From Sporichthyaceae bacterium (GTDB taxonomy: Bacteria > Actinomycetota > Actinomycetes > JACCUZ01), in contig JANLYQ010000010.1 of assembly GCA_031365725.1 (NCBI GenBank), forward strand, positions 50,238-114,237: a stretch of 64,000 nucleotides of DNA, read 5' to 3'. Below, piece by piece: positions 1-10,141 of this stretch (the first letter of the stretch is position 1; each line of letters starts with the position of its first letter). The notes under the pieces are model-generated. The model was given only the letters and a program-made list of their open reading frames with translations, was not told the origin of the DNA and did no database searches. The position numbers and the translations under genes are program-made.

Positions 1-35
1 GCGGCTCGGCGTACGCCGACCTAGTCGTCACCGGC

Positions 36-1634
36 GTGCGGGTCTACGTCGGTGACGATCAGCGCCGGTGGGCGTCGGCGGTGGCGGTGCGGGGCGACCG
101 CATCGCTGCCGTCGGTACGCCGGCCGACGTTGCGGACTTCATCGGCACCGGCACCCGCGTGGTCGACGCGCCCGGCGGCCTCCTGGTGCCCGGTTTCCAG
201 GACGCGCACGTGCATGCGCCGTTCGCCGGGCGCAACCGGCTGCACCTGTTCCTGGGCGACCTCCCCGGTCGGGTGGCCTACCTCGAGGCCATCGGCCGGT
301 ATGCCGCCGAGCACCCGGAGGTGGAGTGGGTGATGGGCGGTGGCTGGGCCATGGAGCACTTCCCCGGCGGGCTGCCCACCAAGGAGGACCTCGACGCGAT
401 CCTGCCCGACCGGCCGGTTTTCCTGTTCAACCGCGACGTGCACGGCGCGTGGGTCAACAGCGAGACGCTGCGCCGGGCCGGCATCGACGCCGGCACACCG
501 GACCCGGCCGACGGCAGGATCGAACGCGACCACACCGGCGCCCCGACCGGCATGCTGCACGAGGGGGCGGCGTACAGCGTCAACGACGCGCTCGTCCCGA
601 AGCCGGACCACGACGAGTGGCAGCGGGCGATCCTCAACGCCCAGGAGCACCTGCACAGCCTCGGCATCACCGGCTGGCAGGACGCGTGGGTGACGCCGGA
701 GACCCTGCGGGCCTACGGAGCGCTCGCCGGGTCCGGGCAGCTCACGGCGCGGGTCGTCGGTGCCCTGTGGTGGGACAGGCACCGAGGGCTCGAGCAGATC
801 GAGGACCTCGTCGCGCAACGGGCCGACGGCGCGGTCGGCCGGTTCCACCCGACCACCGTCAAGATCATGACCGACGGTGTCCTCGAGAACTACACCGGCG
901 CGTTGCTGGAGCCCTACTGCGACGGGTGTGGTGGTCACACCGACAACCGCGGCATCACCTTCCTCCAGCGCGATCTGCTCGCGTCGGCGGTGACCGAGCT
1001 CGACCGGCTCGGCTTCCAGGTGCACCTGCACACCATCGGGGACCGTGCGGTGCGCGACGCGCTCGATGCCGTAGCTGCTGCCCGGAACGCCAACGGCAGC
1101 AACGACCTGAGACACCACCTCGCGCACGTCCAGGTGGTGCACCCCGATGACCTGCTGCGCTTTGCCGAGCTCGGAGTGGTGGCCAACTGTCAGACCTACT
1201 GGGCGATGAACGACGCGCAGCTCACCGATCTGACGATGCCGTTCCTCGGCGAGGAGCGCTCCGCGCAGATGTATCCCTTCGGCGACCTGCTGCGATCAGG
1301 TGCCCGCTTGGCGATGGGCAGTGACTGGGCGGTCAGCACCGCCAACCCCTTGCTGCAGATGGAGGTGGCCACGACGCGCACCGACCCGCGGCGGCGCGAC
1401 GGCGTGCCGTTCCGTGCCGACCAGGCGCTGTCGCTGGCCGATGCCCTGGCCGGGTTCACCCGTGGGTCGGCGTTCGTCAACCATGACGAGCAGGAGGCGG
1501 GCAGCATCGAGGTGGGCAAGCGCGCCGACCTCGTCCTGCTGGACCGGGACATCTTCGCGGTCAGCGCAGGTCCGGTGGGTGACGCGCGGGTGGACCTCAC
1601 GATGGCCTCCGGCCAGGTCGTGTTCGAGCGCTGA
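36..1634 (+). CDS. Amidohydrolase family protein (amidohydrolase-3 type metal-dependent hydrolase, TIM-barrel)
   Basis: 532-aa ORF. N-terminal motif D-A-H-V-H-A-P-F typical of metal-binding amidohydrolases. Overall similarity to the amidohydrolase 3 family. High GC3. Confidence 0.7.
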   Translation: MRVYVGDDQRRWASAVAVRGDRIAAVGTPADVADFIGTGTRVVDAPGGLLVPGFQDAHVHAPFAGRNRLHLFLGDLPGRVAYLEAIGRYAAEHPEVEWVMGGGWAMEHFPGGLPTKEDLDAILPDRPVFLFNRDVHGAWVNSETLRRAGIDAGTPDPADGRIERDHTGAPTGMLHEGAAYSVNDALVPKPDHDEWQRAILNAQEHLHSLGITGWQDAWVTPETLRAYGALAGSGQLTARVVGALWWDRHRGLEQIEDLVAQRADGAVGRFHPTTVKIMTDGVLENYTGALLEPYCDGCGGHTDNRGITFLQRDLLASAVTELDRLGFQVHLHTIGDRAVRDALDAVAAARNANGSNDLRHHLAHVQVVHPDDLLRFAELGVVANCQTYWAMNDAQLTDLTMPFLGEERSAQMYPFGDLLRSGARLAMGSDWAVSTANPLLQMEVATTRTDPRRRDGVPFRADQALSLADALAGFTRGSAFVNHDEQEAGSIEVGKRADLVLLDRDIFAVSAGPVGDARVDLTMASGQVVFER

Positions 1635-1651
1635 CACGTCCGGGCGGGGGC

Positions 1652-2680
1652 TCAGTCCTCGGTGCTGGTCGGCGCCGGCGCCGGCGCCGCGGTCGGCGCC
1701 TCGGCGGAGAAGCCGTGCGAACCGTCCGAGCCGCCGCCTGAGCCGCCGGAGTCGCCGCCGTGTCCCCCTGTGCTGGCGTCCGCGGTCGGGGTGGGGGAGG
1801 GAGCATGCGTGCCGCCACCGCTGCTGCTCTCGTCGGAGGTGTCGCCGCCGGACCCTCCGCCGCCGGATCCGCCAGACCCGTCCGATCCGCCAGACCCGTC
1901 TGATCCGCCAGACTCGTCAGACCCGTCCGATCCGCCGCTCGTGTGGGTGCTCGTAGCGGTCGGTGCGGGCCGCCCGGATCCGCGGCCGCCGGACCCATCG
2001 CCGCCCGAGCCGCCCGAGCCGTTGTCGTCACCGGAGCCGCCCGAGCCGCTGCTGCCGCCGGACCCGGACCCGTCGTCCGACCCGGATCCGTCGCCGGAGC
2101 CACCGGAACCCGGACCGCCGTTGCCTGAGCCAGATCCGGTCGAGCCGCCGCCACCAGCACCGCTGCCGGCCGGGCGAGCGGTCGAGGGCGTGTTCGGCTG
2201 CGGCGTGCTCGTGGGGCTGGTGCGGCCGTGCGGTGCGGTGGGGCTGTCGTTGTCCGACGAGCCGAAGGGGGTCAGGGTCGTGACGATGCGGCTGAACACC
2301 TCGCGGGCGGCCTGCGGCACGTCCTGCGCAGCGGCACTGCCGACGAAGGGCGCTGTCATGACCGCGGAGATGCCTACGGCCAGCGCACCCCGGCGGACCC
2401 AGGGGTTGCGCGCCGAGCGGGCCGACTGGATCGGGATGACTGTCGTCGTGGCAGCAGCTACGGCCGTGCTCCCTGACATGAGCGCGGCGAGGGCGGCCGA
2501 GGGTGCGGGGGCAGGCCCGTCGACGACCTGGCGCCAGGTGGCGAGGACATCCGCGACCTGGGACAGCCGTGGGTCCACGACGTGGCCGTCGGCGCCCAGG
2601 AGCGCGTCGAGGCTCGCGTCGTCGGGCTGGGGTCCTCGGTCGTTGCGCATCTCGAACCAGTCATCGTCGACGGGGTTCAC
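1652..2680 (-). CDS. Anti-sigma factor, membrane-spanning, with a ~200-aa Gly/Ser/Asp-rich low-complexity extracytoplasmic tail
   Basis: GTG start overlaps the stop of the upstream ECF sigma gene (GTGA, 2677-2680). N-terminal cytoplasmic segment is followed by one TM helix (GALAVGISAVMTAPFVG) and then an extreme G/S/D tail. The co-operonic position is classic for a sigma/anti-sigma pair. Confidence 0.55.
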   Translation of the reverse strand: MNPVDDDWFEMRNDRGPQPDDASLDALLGADGHVVDPRLSQVADVLATWRQVVDGPAPAPSAALAALMSGSTAVAAATTTVIPIQSARSARNPWVRRGALAVGISAVMTAPFVGSAAAQDVPQAAREVFSRIVTTLTPFGSSDNDSPTAPHGRTSPTSTPQPNTPSTARPAGSGAGGGGSTGSGSGNGGPGSGGSGDGSGSDDGSGSGGSSGSGGSGDDNGSGGSGGDGSGGRGSGRPAPTATSTHTSGGSDGSDESGGSDGSGGSDGSGGSGGGGSGGDTSDESSSGGGTHAPSPTPTADASTGGHGGDSGGSGGGSDGSHGFSAEAPTAAPAPAPTSTED

Positions 2681-3237
2681 GGGGTTACGCCTTCCCGGGC
2701 CAGCACGTCGCGCAGGGTCAGCAGGGCGCGCCTCTGCAGCTGCTTGACCGCCCCCGGGGTGCGGCCCAGCAGCTCGGCGACCTGCTCGATGCTGAGGTCG
2801 GCCAGATGCCGTAGCTCGAGCACTTCGCGCTGAGCCTCGGGCAGCTGGTCGAGCAGCCTGGTCACCTGGGCCAGGCCGATCCCGTGCAGTGCCTCGTCCT
2901 CCGACGACGGAGTCGTGCGGGCGTCCAGGTCGGCGTCGTACGCCGTCAGACCCGGGCGCCGGCTGCGACGGCGCACGTCGTCGACCAGGCGGGCGTGGGC
3001 TACCGAGAAGACGAGGCTGCGCAGCCCGGCGCGGCCGCCGGTGACGCTGTCCAGCCGCGGGAAGACAGCCAGGAAGACCTCGCTGGTGAGGTCCTCCGGC
3101 TCCTCGGCGCCGCGATAGCGCAGGTAGCCGTGCACGGCGGGCGCGAGGTCGTCGTAGAGCTGGCGCAGGGCCGAGGCGTCACCGGCCGCTGCGGCGGCGA
3201 GGACCTCCTCGGGCGACCACTGCCCTTGCTCAGTCAC
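2677..3237 (-). CDS. ECF-type RNA polymerase sigma-70 family sigma factor
   Basis: 186 aa. Region 2 and region 4 signatures (FLAVFPRL..., [35 protein letters not shown]). Followed by the anti-sigma gene. Confidence 0.8.
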   Translation of the reverse strand: MTEQGQWSPEEVLAAAAAGDASALRQLYDDLAPAVHGYLRYRGAEEPEDLTSEVFLAVFPRLDSVTGGRAGLRSLVFSVAHARLVDDVRRRSRRPGLTAYDADLDARTTPSSEDEALHGIGLAQVTRLLDQLPEAQREVLELRHLADLSIEQVAELLGRTPGAVKQLQRRALLTLRDVLAREGVTP

Positions 3238-3421
3238 GGCAGCTCACGACTCGCACGGCTCCGTACGGCTCCTTCCCGGGGCGACGAGCTGCGGACGCCT
3301 CCGGTCCGCACCCTGTCATCGGCTGGTTCCGCCGACGACTTGCGTCGCCCGTGCCCGGCACCGTAACCCGGGGACCCGACCGGCGCTGCCCTGGCGGTGG
3401 GATTCGGGAGGTTCCTGCCGC

Positions 3422-4260
3422 TCAGGCAGGTCGTGCGGCGCCTCTCGTCGCGCCGGCTGCCCCCGCGGTGGTCGTCGGACCTGGACCGCCCGCGGCGGCC
3501 TGAATGGCGCCGGGTGCCGCACCAGCGCCGGCCCCCCCCGAACCGCCCTGGTGCTGGAGCACATCGCTGAGCTTGGCCGCGGCGGCACACACGATCTGGG
3601 CGTGCAGCCGGCCGGGCTGCCGGCTCAGGCGCTCGATCGGGCCCGACACGGACACGGCGGCGACGATGCGACCGCCCGGTCCACGTACCGGTGCCGAGAC
3701 GGAGGCGACACCGGCCTCGCGCTCGCCGACGCTCTGCGCCCACCCTCGTCGTCGTACGGCGGACAGCGCGGTGGCCGTGAACTTGGCCTCCCGCAGGCCC
3801 CGGTGCAGGCGGTCGGGCTCTTCCCAGGCCAGCAGGATCTGGGCGGCCGAGCCGGCCTTCATGGTCAACGTGGCCCCGACGGGCACGGTGTCGCGCAGGC
3901 CGGTGAGCCGCTCGGCGCCCGCCACGCAGACCCGGCTGTCGCCCTGCCGCCGATAGAGCTGGGCGCTCTCACCGGTGATGTCGCGCAGCCGGGCGAGCAC
4001 CGGGTTGGCGGCCTCGAGCAGGCGGTCCTCGCCGGCGGCGGTGGCCAGCTCACGCAGCCGGGGGCCGAGGACGAATCGGCCCTGCATGTCGCGAGCGACC
4101 AGCCGGTGATGTTCCAGAGCAGTGGCGAGGCGGTGCGCGGTCGGGCGGGCGAGGCCCGTCGCTGCAACCAGGGACGCGAGGCTGGCCGGTCCGGCTTCCA
4201 AGGCGCCCAGCACGATGGCGGCCTTGTCGAGGACACCGACTCCGCTAGAGTTGTCCATGT
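3422..4260 (-). CDS. IclR family transcriptional regulator (LtbR-like, divergent from leuCD) with an unusual Gly/Ala-rich C-terminal extension
   Basis: N-terminal HTH ([40 protein letters not shown]) and IclR effector domain. Divergent arrangement with leuC as in Corynebacterium/Mycobacterium (Rv2989-like). Likely start is MDNSSG, not the upstream MRRQYRY. Confidence 0.75.
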
Positions 4261-4268
4261 ACCGATAC

Positions 4269-4310
4269 TGCCGTCTCACGCACCGAGACGCAAGTCTTCT
4301 GCCGTCTCAC
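4269..4310. promoter_or_regulatory. Candidate operator in the IclR-leuC divergent promoter region
   Basis: Two 11-bp direct repeats tgccgtctcac (about 4269-4279 and 4300-4310) with a hairpin cgtctc-acgcacc-gagacg at 4272-4290. They lie between the divergent starts of the IclR regulator and leuC. Confidence 0.3.
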
Positions 4311-4321
4311 AGGGAGAAATC

Positions 4322-5740
4322 GTGGCGAGCACGCTGGCCGAGAAGGTCTGGGAAGCCCACGTCGTCCGTCGGGTGGCCGGCGAGCCGGACCTGCTCTACA
4401 TCGACCTGCACCTCGTGCACGAGGTCACCAGCCCGCAGGCGTTCGACGGGCTCCGGCTGGCCGGACGACCCGTGCGACGCCCCGACCTCACCCTGGCCAC
4501 CGAGGACCACAACGTCCCCACCCAGAACATCGACCTCCCGATCGCGGACCCTGTCAGCCGGATCCAGGTCGACACCCTGCGGGCCAACTGCGCGGAGTTC
4601 GGTGTCCCCCTGCACTCCCTCGGCGACACCGAGCAGGGCATCGTGCACGTCGTCGGACCGCAGCTCGGTCTCACCCAGCCCGGCATGACCGTGGTGTGCG
4701 GCGACAGCCACACCTCGACCCACGGGGCCTTCGGTGCACTCGCGTTCGGCATCGGCACCAGCGAGGTCGAGCACGTGCTGGCCACCCAGACGTTGCCTCT
4801 CACGCCGTTCCGCACCATGGCGGTGACCGTCGAGGGCCAGCTCGCGCCGGGGGTCACGGCCAAGGACCTGATCCTCGCGGTCATCGCGCGCATCGGCACC
4901 GGGGGCGGCCAGGGCTATGTCATCGAGTACCGCGGCGAGGCCATCAGGTCGCTGTCGATGGAAGCCCGCATGACGGTGTGCAACATGTCGATCGAGGCGG
5001 GTGCCCGGGCCGGCATGATCGCCCCGGACAACACCACGTTCGACTATCTCGCGGGGCGACCGCGTGCACCGAAGGGTGCCGACTGGGACGCCGCCGTCGA
5101 CGCCTGGTCGTCGCTGCGCACCGACGACGACGCGACCTTCGACCACGAGGTCGTGATCGATGCGACCGGGCTGACGCCGTTCGTCACCTGGGGCACGAAC
5201 CCGGGGCAGGGCCTGCCACTGTCCGCGTCGGTGCCCGACCCTGCCGCGATCGCCGACGAGCAGGAGCGGTCGGCCGCCGAGCGAGCCCTGGAGTACATGG
5301 GGCTGGTGCCCGGTACGCCGCTGCGTGAGGTGGCGGTCGACACCGTGTTCCTCGGCTCCTGCACCAACGGACGCATCGAGGATCTCCGAGCCGCAGCCGA
5401 CGTCCTGCGGGGCCGTCGGGTGTCTGACGGGGTGCGGGTGCTGGTCGTGCCCGGCTCGGTGCGGGTGCGTCTGCAGGCCGAGGCGGAGGGTCTCGACACG
5501 GTGTTCACCGACTCGGGAGCCGAGTGGCGCAACGCCGGCTGCTCGATGTGCCTGGGGATGAACCCCGACCAGCTCGCTCCCGGTGAGCGCAGCGCCTCGA
5601 CGTCCAACCGCAACTTCGAGGGACGTCAGGGCAAGGGCGGCCGGACCCACCTCGTGTCGCCGCTGGTCGCGGCGGCCACCGCCGTCACCGGCCACCTGTC
5701 CTCACCCGCCGACCTACCGGCGCTCGAGGAGATGAGCTGA
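4322..5740 (+). CDS. leuC: 3-isopropylmalate dehydratase large subunit
   Basis: Conserved LeuC sequence. The start is GTG at 4322 ([13 protein letters not shown]...), preceded by the RBS agggag. The ORF-track start at 3551 is an antisense read-through overlapping the IclR gene. Confidence 0.9.
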   Translation: MASTLAEKVWEAHVVRRVAGEPDLLYIDLHLVHEVTSPQAFDGLRLAGRPVRRPDLTLATEDHNVPTQNIDLPIADPVSRIQVDTLRANCAEFGVPLHSLGDTEQGIVHVVGPQLGLTQPGMTVVCGDSHTSTHGAFGALAFGIGTSEVEHVLATQTLPLTPFRTMAVTVEGQLAPGVTAKDLILAVIARIGTGGGQGYVIEYRGEAIRSLSMEARMTVCNMSIEAGARAGMIAPDNTTFDYLAGRPRAPKGADWDAAVDAWSSLRTDDDATFDHEVVIDATGLTPFVTWGTNPGQGLPLSASVPDPAAIADEQERSAAERALEYMGLVPGTPLREVAVDTVFLGSCTNGRIEDLRAAADVLRGRRVSDGVRVLVVPGSVRVRLQAEAEGLDTVFTDSGAEWRNAGCSMCLGMNPDQLAPGERSASTSNRNFEGRQGKGGRTHLVSPLVAAATAVTGHLSSPADLPALEEMS

Positions 5741-5741
5741 C

Positions 5742-6329
5742 GTGGAGCCCATCACCAGCCATACCGGACGGGCGGTCGCGTTGCGCCGCTCCAACGTCGA
5801 CACCGACCAGATCATCCCCGCCGTCTACCTCAAGCGGGTGACCCGCAGCGGGTTCGAGGACGGGCTGTTTGCTGCCTGGCGCAAAGACCCGGACTTCGTC
5901 CTCAACCGACCAGAGGCGCGCGGGGCCACGGTGCTGGTCGCCGGTCAGGACTTCGGCACCGGCTCGTCACGCGAGCACGCCGTATGGGCATTGCGGGACT
6001 TCGGTTTCCGCGTCATCGTCTCGTCGCGGTTCGCCGACATCTTCCGCGGCAACGCCGGCAAGGGAGGGCTCGTCGTGGCGGCGATTGCGCAGGAGCACGT
6101 CGAGGCGCTGTGGTCGGCCATCGAATCCGACCCGACGACCAAGGTGACCGTCGACCTGGAGAGTCGCACCGTGTCGTGGTCCGGCACCTCGGTGCCCTTC
6201 GCCCTCGACGACTACACCAGGTGGCGGTTGATGGAGGGCCTCGACGACGTCGACCTGACCCTGCGCCACGAAGACCTGGTCAGTGAGTTCGAGTCGCACC
6301 GGCCGCTCCACCTTCCCCGGACTGTCTGA
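5742..6329 (+). CDS. leuD: 3-isopropylmalate dehydratase small subunit
   Basis: 195 aa. GTG start 2 bp after the leuC stop. Typical LeuD sequence ([17 protein letters not shown]). Confidence 0.9.
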   Translation: MEPITSHTGRAVALRRSNVDTDQIIPAVYLKRVTRSGFEDGLFAAWRKDPDFVLNRPEARGATVLVAGQDFGTGSSREHAVWALRDFGFRVIVSSRFADIFRGNAGKGGLVVAAIAQEHVEALWSAIESDPTTKVTVDLESRTVSWSGTSVPFALDDYTRWRLMEGLDDVDLTLRHEDLVSEFESHRPLHLPRTV

Positions 6330-6405
6330 CGGCACACCTGTCGGCGTCCACGGCTCCTCCCGAGGACCCTGCGTCCGGTCGTTCTCGTTGCGGAAGTCCG
6401 GTCAC

Positions 6406-6426
6406 TCCCTTTGCAGAACAAAGGGA
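6406..6426. promoter_or_regulatory. Perfect 8-bp stem hairpin/palindrome ~100 bp upstream of hupB
   Basis: tccctttg-cagaa-caaaggga. Its position in the leuD-hupB intergenic suggests an operator or RNA leader element. No U-tract. Confidence 0.25.
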
Positions 6427-6523
6427 AACGCCGTCCGCGGTGTTTGTCTCGACGCGTGCTTGCGCCTAACGTCGGCCTCGAATCGAGCGTTTGCTCGACC
6501 TCCGCATCCTCAAGGGGTTCCTC

Positions 6524-7114
6524 GTGAACAAGGCTCAGCTCATCGAGAAGCTGTCCGGCCACCTCGGCAGCAAGAAGGCCGCGACCGACGCGGTGGAAGC
6601 CGTCATCGACACCATCACGCGCTCTGTTGCCGCGGGTGAGCGCGTGGCCATCACCGGCTTCGGTGTCTTCGACCGGGCCGTTCGCCCGGCCCGCACCGGC
6701 CGCAACCCGCGCACCGGTGCTGCCGTGAAGATCAAGAAGACCACGGTGCCGAAGTTCAAGGCCGGCCAGAGCTTCAAGGACGTCGTGTCCGGAGCCCGCA
6801 AGCTGCCCAAGGCTGTGGCTGTAGCGCCGGCAAAGAAGGCGACGGCCACGGTCGCCAGGACCACCGCCAAGAAGACCGCTCCGGCGGCCCGCAAGGCGAC
6901 TGCCACCAAGGCTCCGGCCAAGTCGGCGGCCCGCAAGACGGCCGCCAAGACCACGGCCACCAAGTCCGCCGCCGGTCGCACCCTGGCCACCAAAAAGGCC
7001 ACCGCCACCAAGGCGACTGCTGCCCGCACCCTGGCCAGCAAGACGACGGCCAAGAAGACCGCGGCCAAGAAGACGACCGCCAAGAAGACGACCGCCAAGA
7101 AGGCCACCCGCTAG
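6524..7114 (+). CDS. hupB: HU family nucleoid-associated DNA-binding protein with a long Lys/Ala/Thr-rich C-terminal tail (HupB/MDP1-like)
   Basis: HU fold N-terminal 90 aa (NKAQLIEKL...GFGVFDRAVRPARTGRNPRTG). Followed by a PAKKA/TAKKT repeat tail. GTG start with RBS aagggg. Position after leuD matches mycobacterial synteny. Confidence 0.85.
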   Translation: MNKAQLIEKLSGHLGSKKAATDAVEAVIDTITRSVAAGERVAITGFGVFDRAVRPARTGRNPRTGAAVKIKKTTVPKFKAGQSFKDVVSGARKLPKAVAVAPAKKATATVARTTAKKTAPAARKATATKAPAKSAARKTAAKTTATKSAAGRTLATKKATATKATAARTLASKTTAKKTAAKKTTAKKTTAKKATR

Positions 7115-7167
7115 TCGCACCACCCGCAGCACCAACGAACCACAGCACCAACGAACCACAGCACCGT

Positions 7168-7205
7168 CAGGGTCCGGTTGCCGCTTCGGGGGCGGCCGGG
7201 CCCTG
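7168..7205 (+). terminator. GC-rich imperfect hairpin with ttcg tetraloop downstream of hupB (probable actinobacterial-type intrinsic terminator, no U-tract)
   Basis: cagggtccggttgccgc-ttcg-ggggcggccgggccctg, about 55 bp after the hupB stop. Preceded by a 16-bp direct duplication caccaacgaaccacag. Confidence 0.4.
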
Positions 7206-7274
7206 ACTGCGTTCGGCTTGCCCTGACGTCCGTGCGAGGGCGGTCGATCAGGTCGGTCAGGTCGGTCCGGTCGG

Positions 7275-7508
7275 TCAGGTCGGTCCGGCGAAGGTTGCCA
7301 GTGTCAGATGGGTGATGACCGCATCGACCATCTCGATGCGCACCCGCTGACCAAGGCGTACCAGCCGCAGCCCACCGGCGTCGAAAGCCTTGGCGGGAAA
7401 CGCGATCTCGCTACCGTCGTCGAGCAGCACAGTGCCCGTGCGGGTATCGGGGTCGAAGACTCGCACCGTCGCCTGCACGCGGGTGAACCTATCCCGCTCG
7501 CGAGGCAC
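7275..7508 (-). CDS. Hypothetical small protein (77 aa) overlapping the 3' end of cofC by ~20 bp
   Basis: ORF MPRERDRFTRVQATVRVFDPDTRTGTVLLDDGSEIAFPAKAF... with an OB-fold-like pattern. GC3 is only moderate (~76%), so the coding status is uncertain. Confidence 0.3.
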   Translation of the reverse strand: MPRERDRFTRVQATVRVFDPDTRTGTVLLDDGSEIAFPAKAFDAGGLRLVRLGQRVRIEMVDAVITHLTLATFAGPT

Positions 7509-8163
7509 GCGTCAGCGCATGACGGTGCTCGGTCAGCACGGCGGCGGTGGCATGCCCCACCCCCAGCTCGGCAGCCTCCAGGAGGTGCGCCGTCGTGTCG
7601 ACGTCGCGACGCAGCCGCACCTCGGCATCGAGCTCGTGCGCAGACCGTGCATGAGCAGCTGCCGATGCGGTGCCGAATCGCGGCCGCAGAGCCTCGCCGT
7701 CCCGTGCCAGCAGCAGCGTCGTGCCCGAGCCGTCGGCGTCCCGGACGAATGCCCGTCCGGCCGGGGCAGCCGCCAGGACCGCAGTCAAAGCGTCAGGACG
7801 CAGTGTCGGCAGGTCCGCGGTCAGGACACCCACAGAGGCGTCCGGCTGCTGCCGGGCAAGCACCAGCGCGCCGTGCCGCAGGGCGGAGTTCAGTCCCCGG
7901 GTGAGAGTCGGCGACCCGGCCGGCCGGTCCCCGGTCACGTCCGCGCCGAGGGCAGCGAGCGCGGTGGCGACCACCTCGTCGTCGGTCACGACCAGCACCG
8001 TCGACACCATGGGAGAGCCCAGCGCCGCCACGACCGTGTCGGTGGCGAAAGCCAGCGCAAGAGCCCCCCGGACGCCGTTGTACGGCGGTCCGAGGCGGCT
8101 CTTGGCGACGGCGAGGGGTTTGACCGGCAGCACAAGGCACCACCGACGCTCGCTGTCGTCCAC
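7489..8163 (-). CDS. cofC: 2-phospho-L-lactate (phosphoenolpyruvate) guanylyltransferase, F420 biosynthesis
   Basis: CofC/FbiD signature (RWCLVLPVKPLAVAKSRL...). Start chosen at GTG 8163 (VDDSERRWCLVLPVK). The longer ORF-track start would collide with divergent plsC. Equivalent of Mtb Rv2983. Confidence 0.8.
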   Translation of the reverse strand: MDDSERRWCLVLPVKPLAVAKSRLGPPYNGVRGALALAFATDTVVAALGSPMVSTVLVVTDDEVVATALAALGADVTGDRPAGSPTLTRGLNSALRHGALVLARQQPDASVGVLTADLPTLRPDALTAVLAAAPAGRAFVRDADGSGTTLLLARDGEALRPRFGTASAAAHARSAHELDAEVRLRRDVDTTAHLLEAAELGVGHATAAVLTEHRHALTRASRAG

Positions 8164-8300
8164 GACGTCGATCCTGCCAGCCCGGCTCGACACCGACTGC
8201 GGCGGACGGGAGGATGTGGCCCCGTCCGCAGGCACCGGCGGCCGGGTCCCACCGCCGGTGCGCTCGCCCCGGTGACCACGTCGACGACCGGAGGAGCTGG

Positions 8301-9098
8301 GTGAGCCCGTTGCGCCGCCGCCCCGGTCGCCCAGGTCTCGATGGTCGCACCGGCCGCCCCGCCGTGGGTTTCTGGTACTCCCTGGCTGTCGCCCTGCTCA
8401 AGCCACCACTCACCGTGTTGACCCGACGTGACTGGCGTGGTGCCGAGCATCTGCCCGCTGCGGGTGGCTTCGTGGTGGCGACCAACCACGTCTCGCACAC
8501 CGACCCGGTGGTGGTCGGGCACTTCCTCTACGACCACGGCCGCCCCCCACGGTTCCTCGGCAAGGAGGTGCTGTTCCGATTGTTCTTCGTCGGTCAGGTG
8601 CTGCGCGGTGCGGGCCAGATCCCGGTGCTGCGGGAGACGGTGGACGCCGCGCAAGCCTACTCCGCCGCGGTCGCAGCCGTGCGGGCCGGCGAGTGCGTAG
8701 CGATCTACCCCGAGGCGACCCTGACGCGCGACCCCGATCTGTGGCCGATGGTCGGCAAGACCGGCGCCGCCCGCGTCGCGCTCGAGACCGGTGCGCCGCT
8801 GGTGCCGATTGCCCAGTGGGGACCGCAGTCATTGCTGCCGCCGTACAGCAAGCGGGTGCACCTCCTTCCCCGTACGACGATGCACGTGTGGGCCGGACCT
8901 CCGGTCGAGCTCGACGACCTGCGTGGCCGCCCGGTCGACGGACCGCTGCTCGTGGAGGCCACCGAACGGGTCATGGCGGCCATCACGGCGCTGCTCGAGG
9001 AGATCCGCGGCGAGCGCGCACCGAGGCACCGATTCGACCCGCGGCAGGACGGCCGGCCGGTGACCGGCGATCCGACGCGGGACGGGAGGTCGTCGTGA
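8301..9098 (+). CDS. plsC: 1-acyl-sn-glycerol-3-phosphate acyltransferase (lysophospholipid acyltransferase)
   Basis: HX4D motif (NHVSHTDP) and PEATLTRD motif. GTG start at 8301 preceded by RBS ggaggag. The stop overlaps the gpsA start. Confidence 0.75.
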   Translation: MSPLRRRPGRPGLDGRTGRPAVGFWYSLAVALLKPPLTVLTRRDWRGAEHLPAAGGFVVATNHVSHTDPVVVGHFLYDHGRPPRFLGKEVLFRLFFVGQVLRGAGQIPVLRETVDAAQAYSAAVAAVRAGECVAIYPEATLTRDPDLWPMVGKTGAARVALETGAPLVPIAQWGPQSLLPPYSKRVHLLPRTTMHVWAGPPVELDDLRGRPVDGPLLVEATERVMAAITALLEEIRGERAPRHRFDPRQDGRPVTGDPTRDGRSS

Positions 9099-10096
9099 CG
9101 AGGGTGGCGGTGCTCGGCAGCGGGTCGTGGGGCACGGCGTTCGCGCTGGTGCTCGCCGATGCCGGCGCCGACGTGGTGATGTGGAGCCGCCGGCCCGCGT
9201 TGGCGGCGGCGATCGAGGCGACGCACGAAAACCCTGACTACCTGCCCGGGACGACGCTGCCGGCCTCGATCGCCGCCACCGGAGACGCGTCGGCGGCACT
9301 TGCCGGCGCCGAGGTCGTCGTCCTGGCCGTGCCCTCGCAAGCCCTGCGACCCAACCTCGTCGCTTGGGCGCCGCTGCTGACGCCGGGGTGTGTTCTCGTC
9401 AGCCTGATGAAGGGGATCGAGCTCTCGACCACCCGACGCATGAGCGAGGTGATCGCTGAGGTGACCGGCGCCGGTCCCGAGCGGATCGCGGTTGTGTCGG
9501 GCCCCAACCTCGCCCCTGAGATCGCCGCCCGTCAGCCTGCTGCGAGTGTCGTCGCGTGCGCCGACGAGGCGGTTGCCGAGAAGCTGCAGCAGGTCTGCCT
9601 GACGCCGTACTTCCGGCCCTACACCAACACCGACGTCGTCGGGGTCGAGCTCGGTGGCACCGTCAAGAACGTGATCGCTCTCGCCGTCGGCATGGCCGAG
9701 GGCATGGGCATGGGTGACAACTCGCAGGCCTCGATCATCACCCGGGGCCTGGCCGAGACGACTCGGCTGGGCCTTGCTCTCGGCGCCGAGCCGACGACCA
9801 TGGCGGGTCTCGCCGGTGTCGGCGACCTCGTGGCCACCTGCATGTCACCGTTGTCGCGCAACCGGACCTTCGGGGTCAACCTCGGCCGCGGCATGAGCCT
9901 GGCGGAGGTCACCGGCGGGACCCGGCAGACCGCCGAGGGCGTGACGTCGGCCCAGTCGGTGCTCGCCCTCGCGCGGGAGCACGGCGTCGACATGCCGATC
10001 GTCGAGAACGTCGTCGCGGTGGTCCGGGACGGCCTGCCGCCGGAGGAGATCGTGCGGCGCATCATGAGCCGGTCCGCCAAGTCGGAGACCGGCTGA
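9095..10096 (+). CDS. gpsA: NAD(P)H-dependent glycerol-3-phosphate dehydrogenase
   Basis: [24 protein letters not shown] Rossmann motif. Full-length GpsA homology. GTG at 9095 overlaps the plsC stop (GTGA). In frame with the ORF-track 8693 ORF, whose N-terminal extension is spurious. Confidence 0.9.
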   Translation: MTRVAVLGSGSWGTAFALVLADAGADVVMWSRRPALAAAIEATHENPDYLPGTTLPASIAATGDASAALAGAEVVVLAVPSQALRPNLVAWAPLLTPGCVLVSLMKGIELSTTRRMSEVIAEVTGAGPERIAVVSGPNLAPEIAARQPAASVVACADEAVAEKLQQVCLTPYFRPYTNTDVVGVELGGTVKNVIALAVGMAEGMGMGDNSQASIITRGLAETTRLGLALGAEPTTMAGLAGVGDLVATCMSPLSRNRTFGVNLGRGMSLAEVTGGTRQTAEGVTSAQSVLALAREHGVDMPIVENVVAVVRDGLPPEEIVRRIMSRSAKSETG

Positions 10097-10141
10097 CCGG
10101 GGCGCCCGGCTGACGGGCGACCGCATGGTTGACGGACCGGG

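Noticed and set aside
21-1142. 373-aa minus-strand ORF antisense to the amidohydrolase gene
   Set aside because: Arg/Gly/Pro-rich mirror frame typical of high-GC antisense. The plus-strand amidohydrolase has a clear family signature.
1662-2747. 361-aa plus-strand Pro/Glu/Asp-rich ORF
   Set aside because: It is the reverse-complement reading of the anti-sigma factor's Gly/Ser/Asp tail. The operon context (overlap with the ECF sigma stop) supports the minus-strand gene.
3551-4321. N-terminal 257-aa extension of the leuC ORF
   Set aside because: It overlaps the divergent IclR gene in antisense. The conserved LeuC N-terminus and RBS place the start at GTG 4322.
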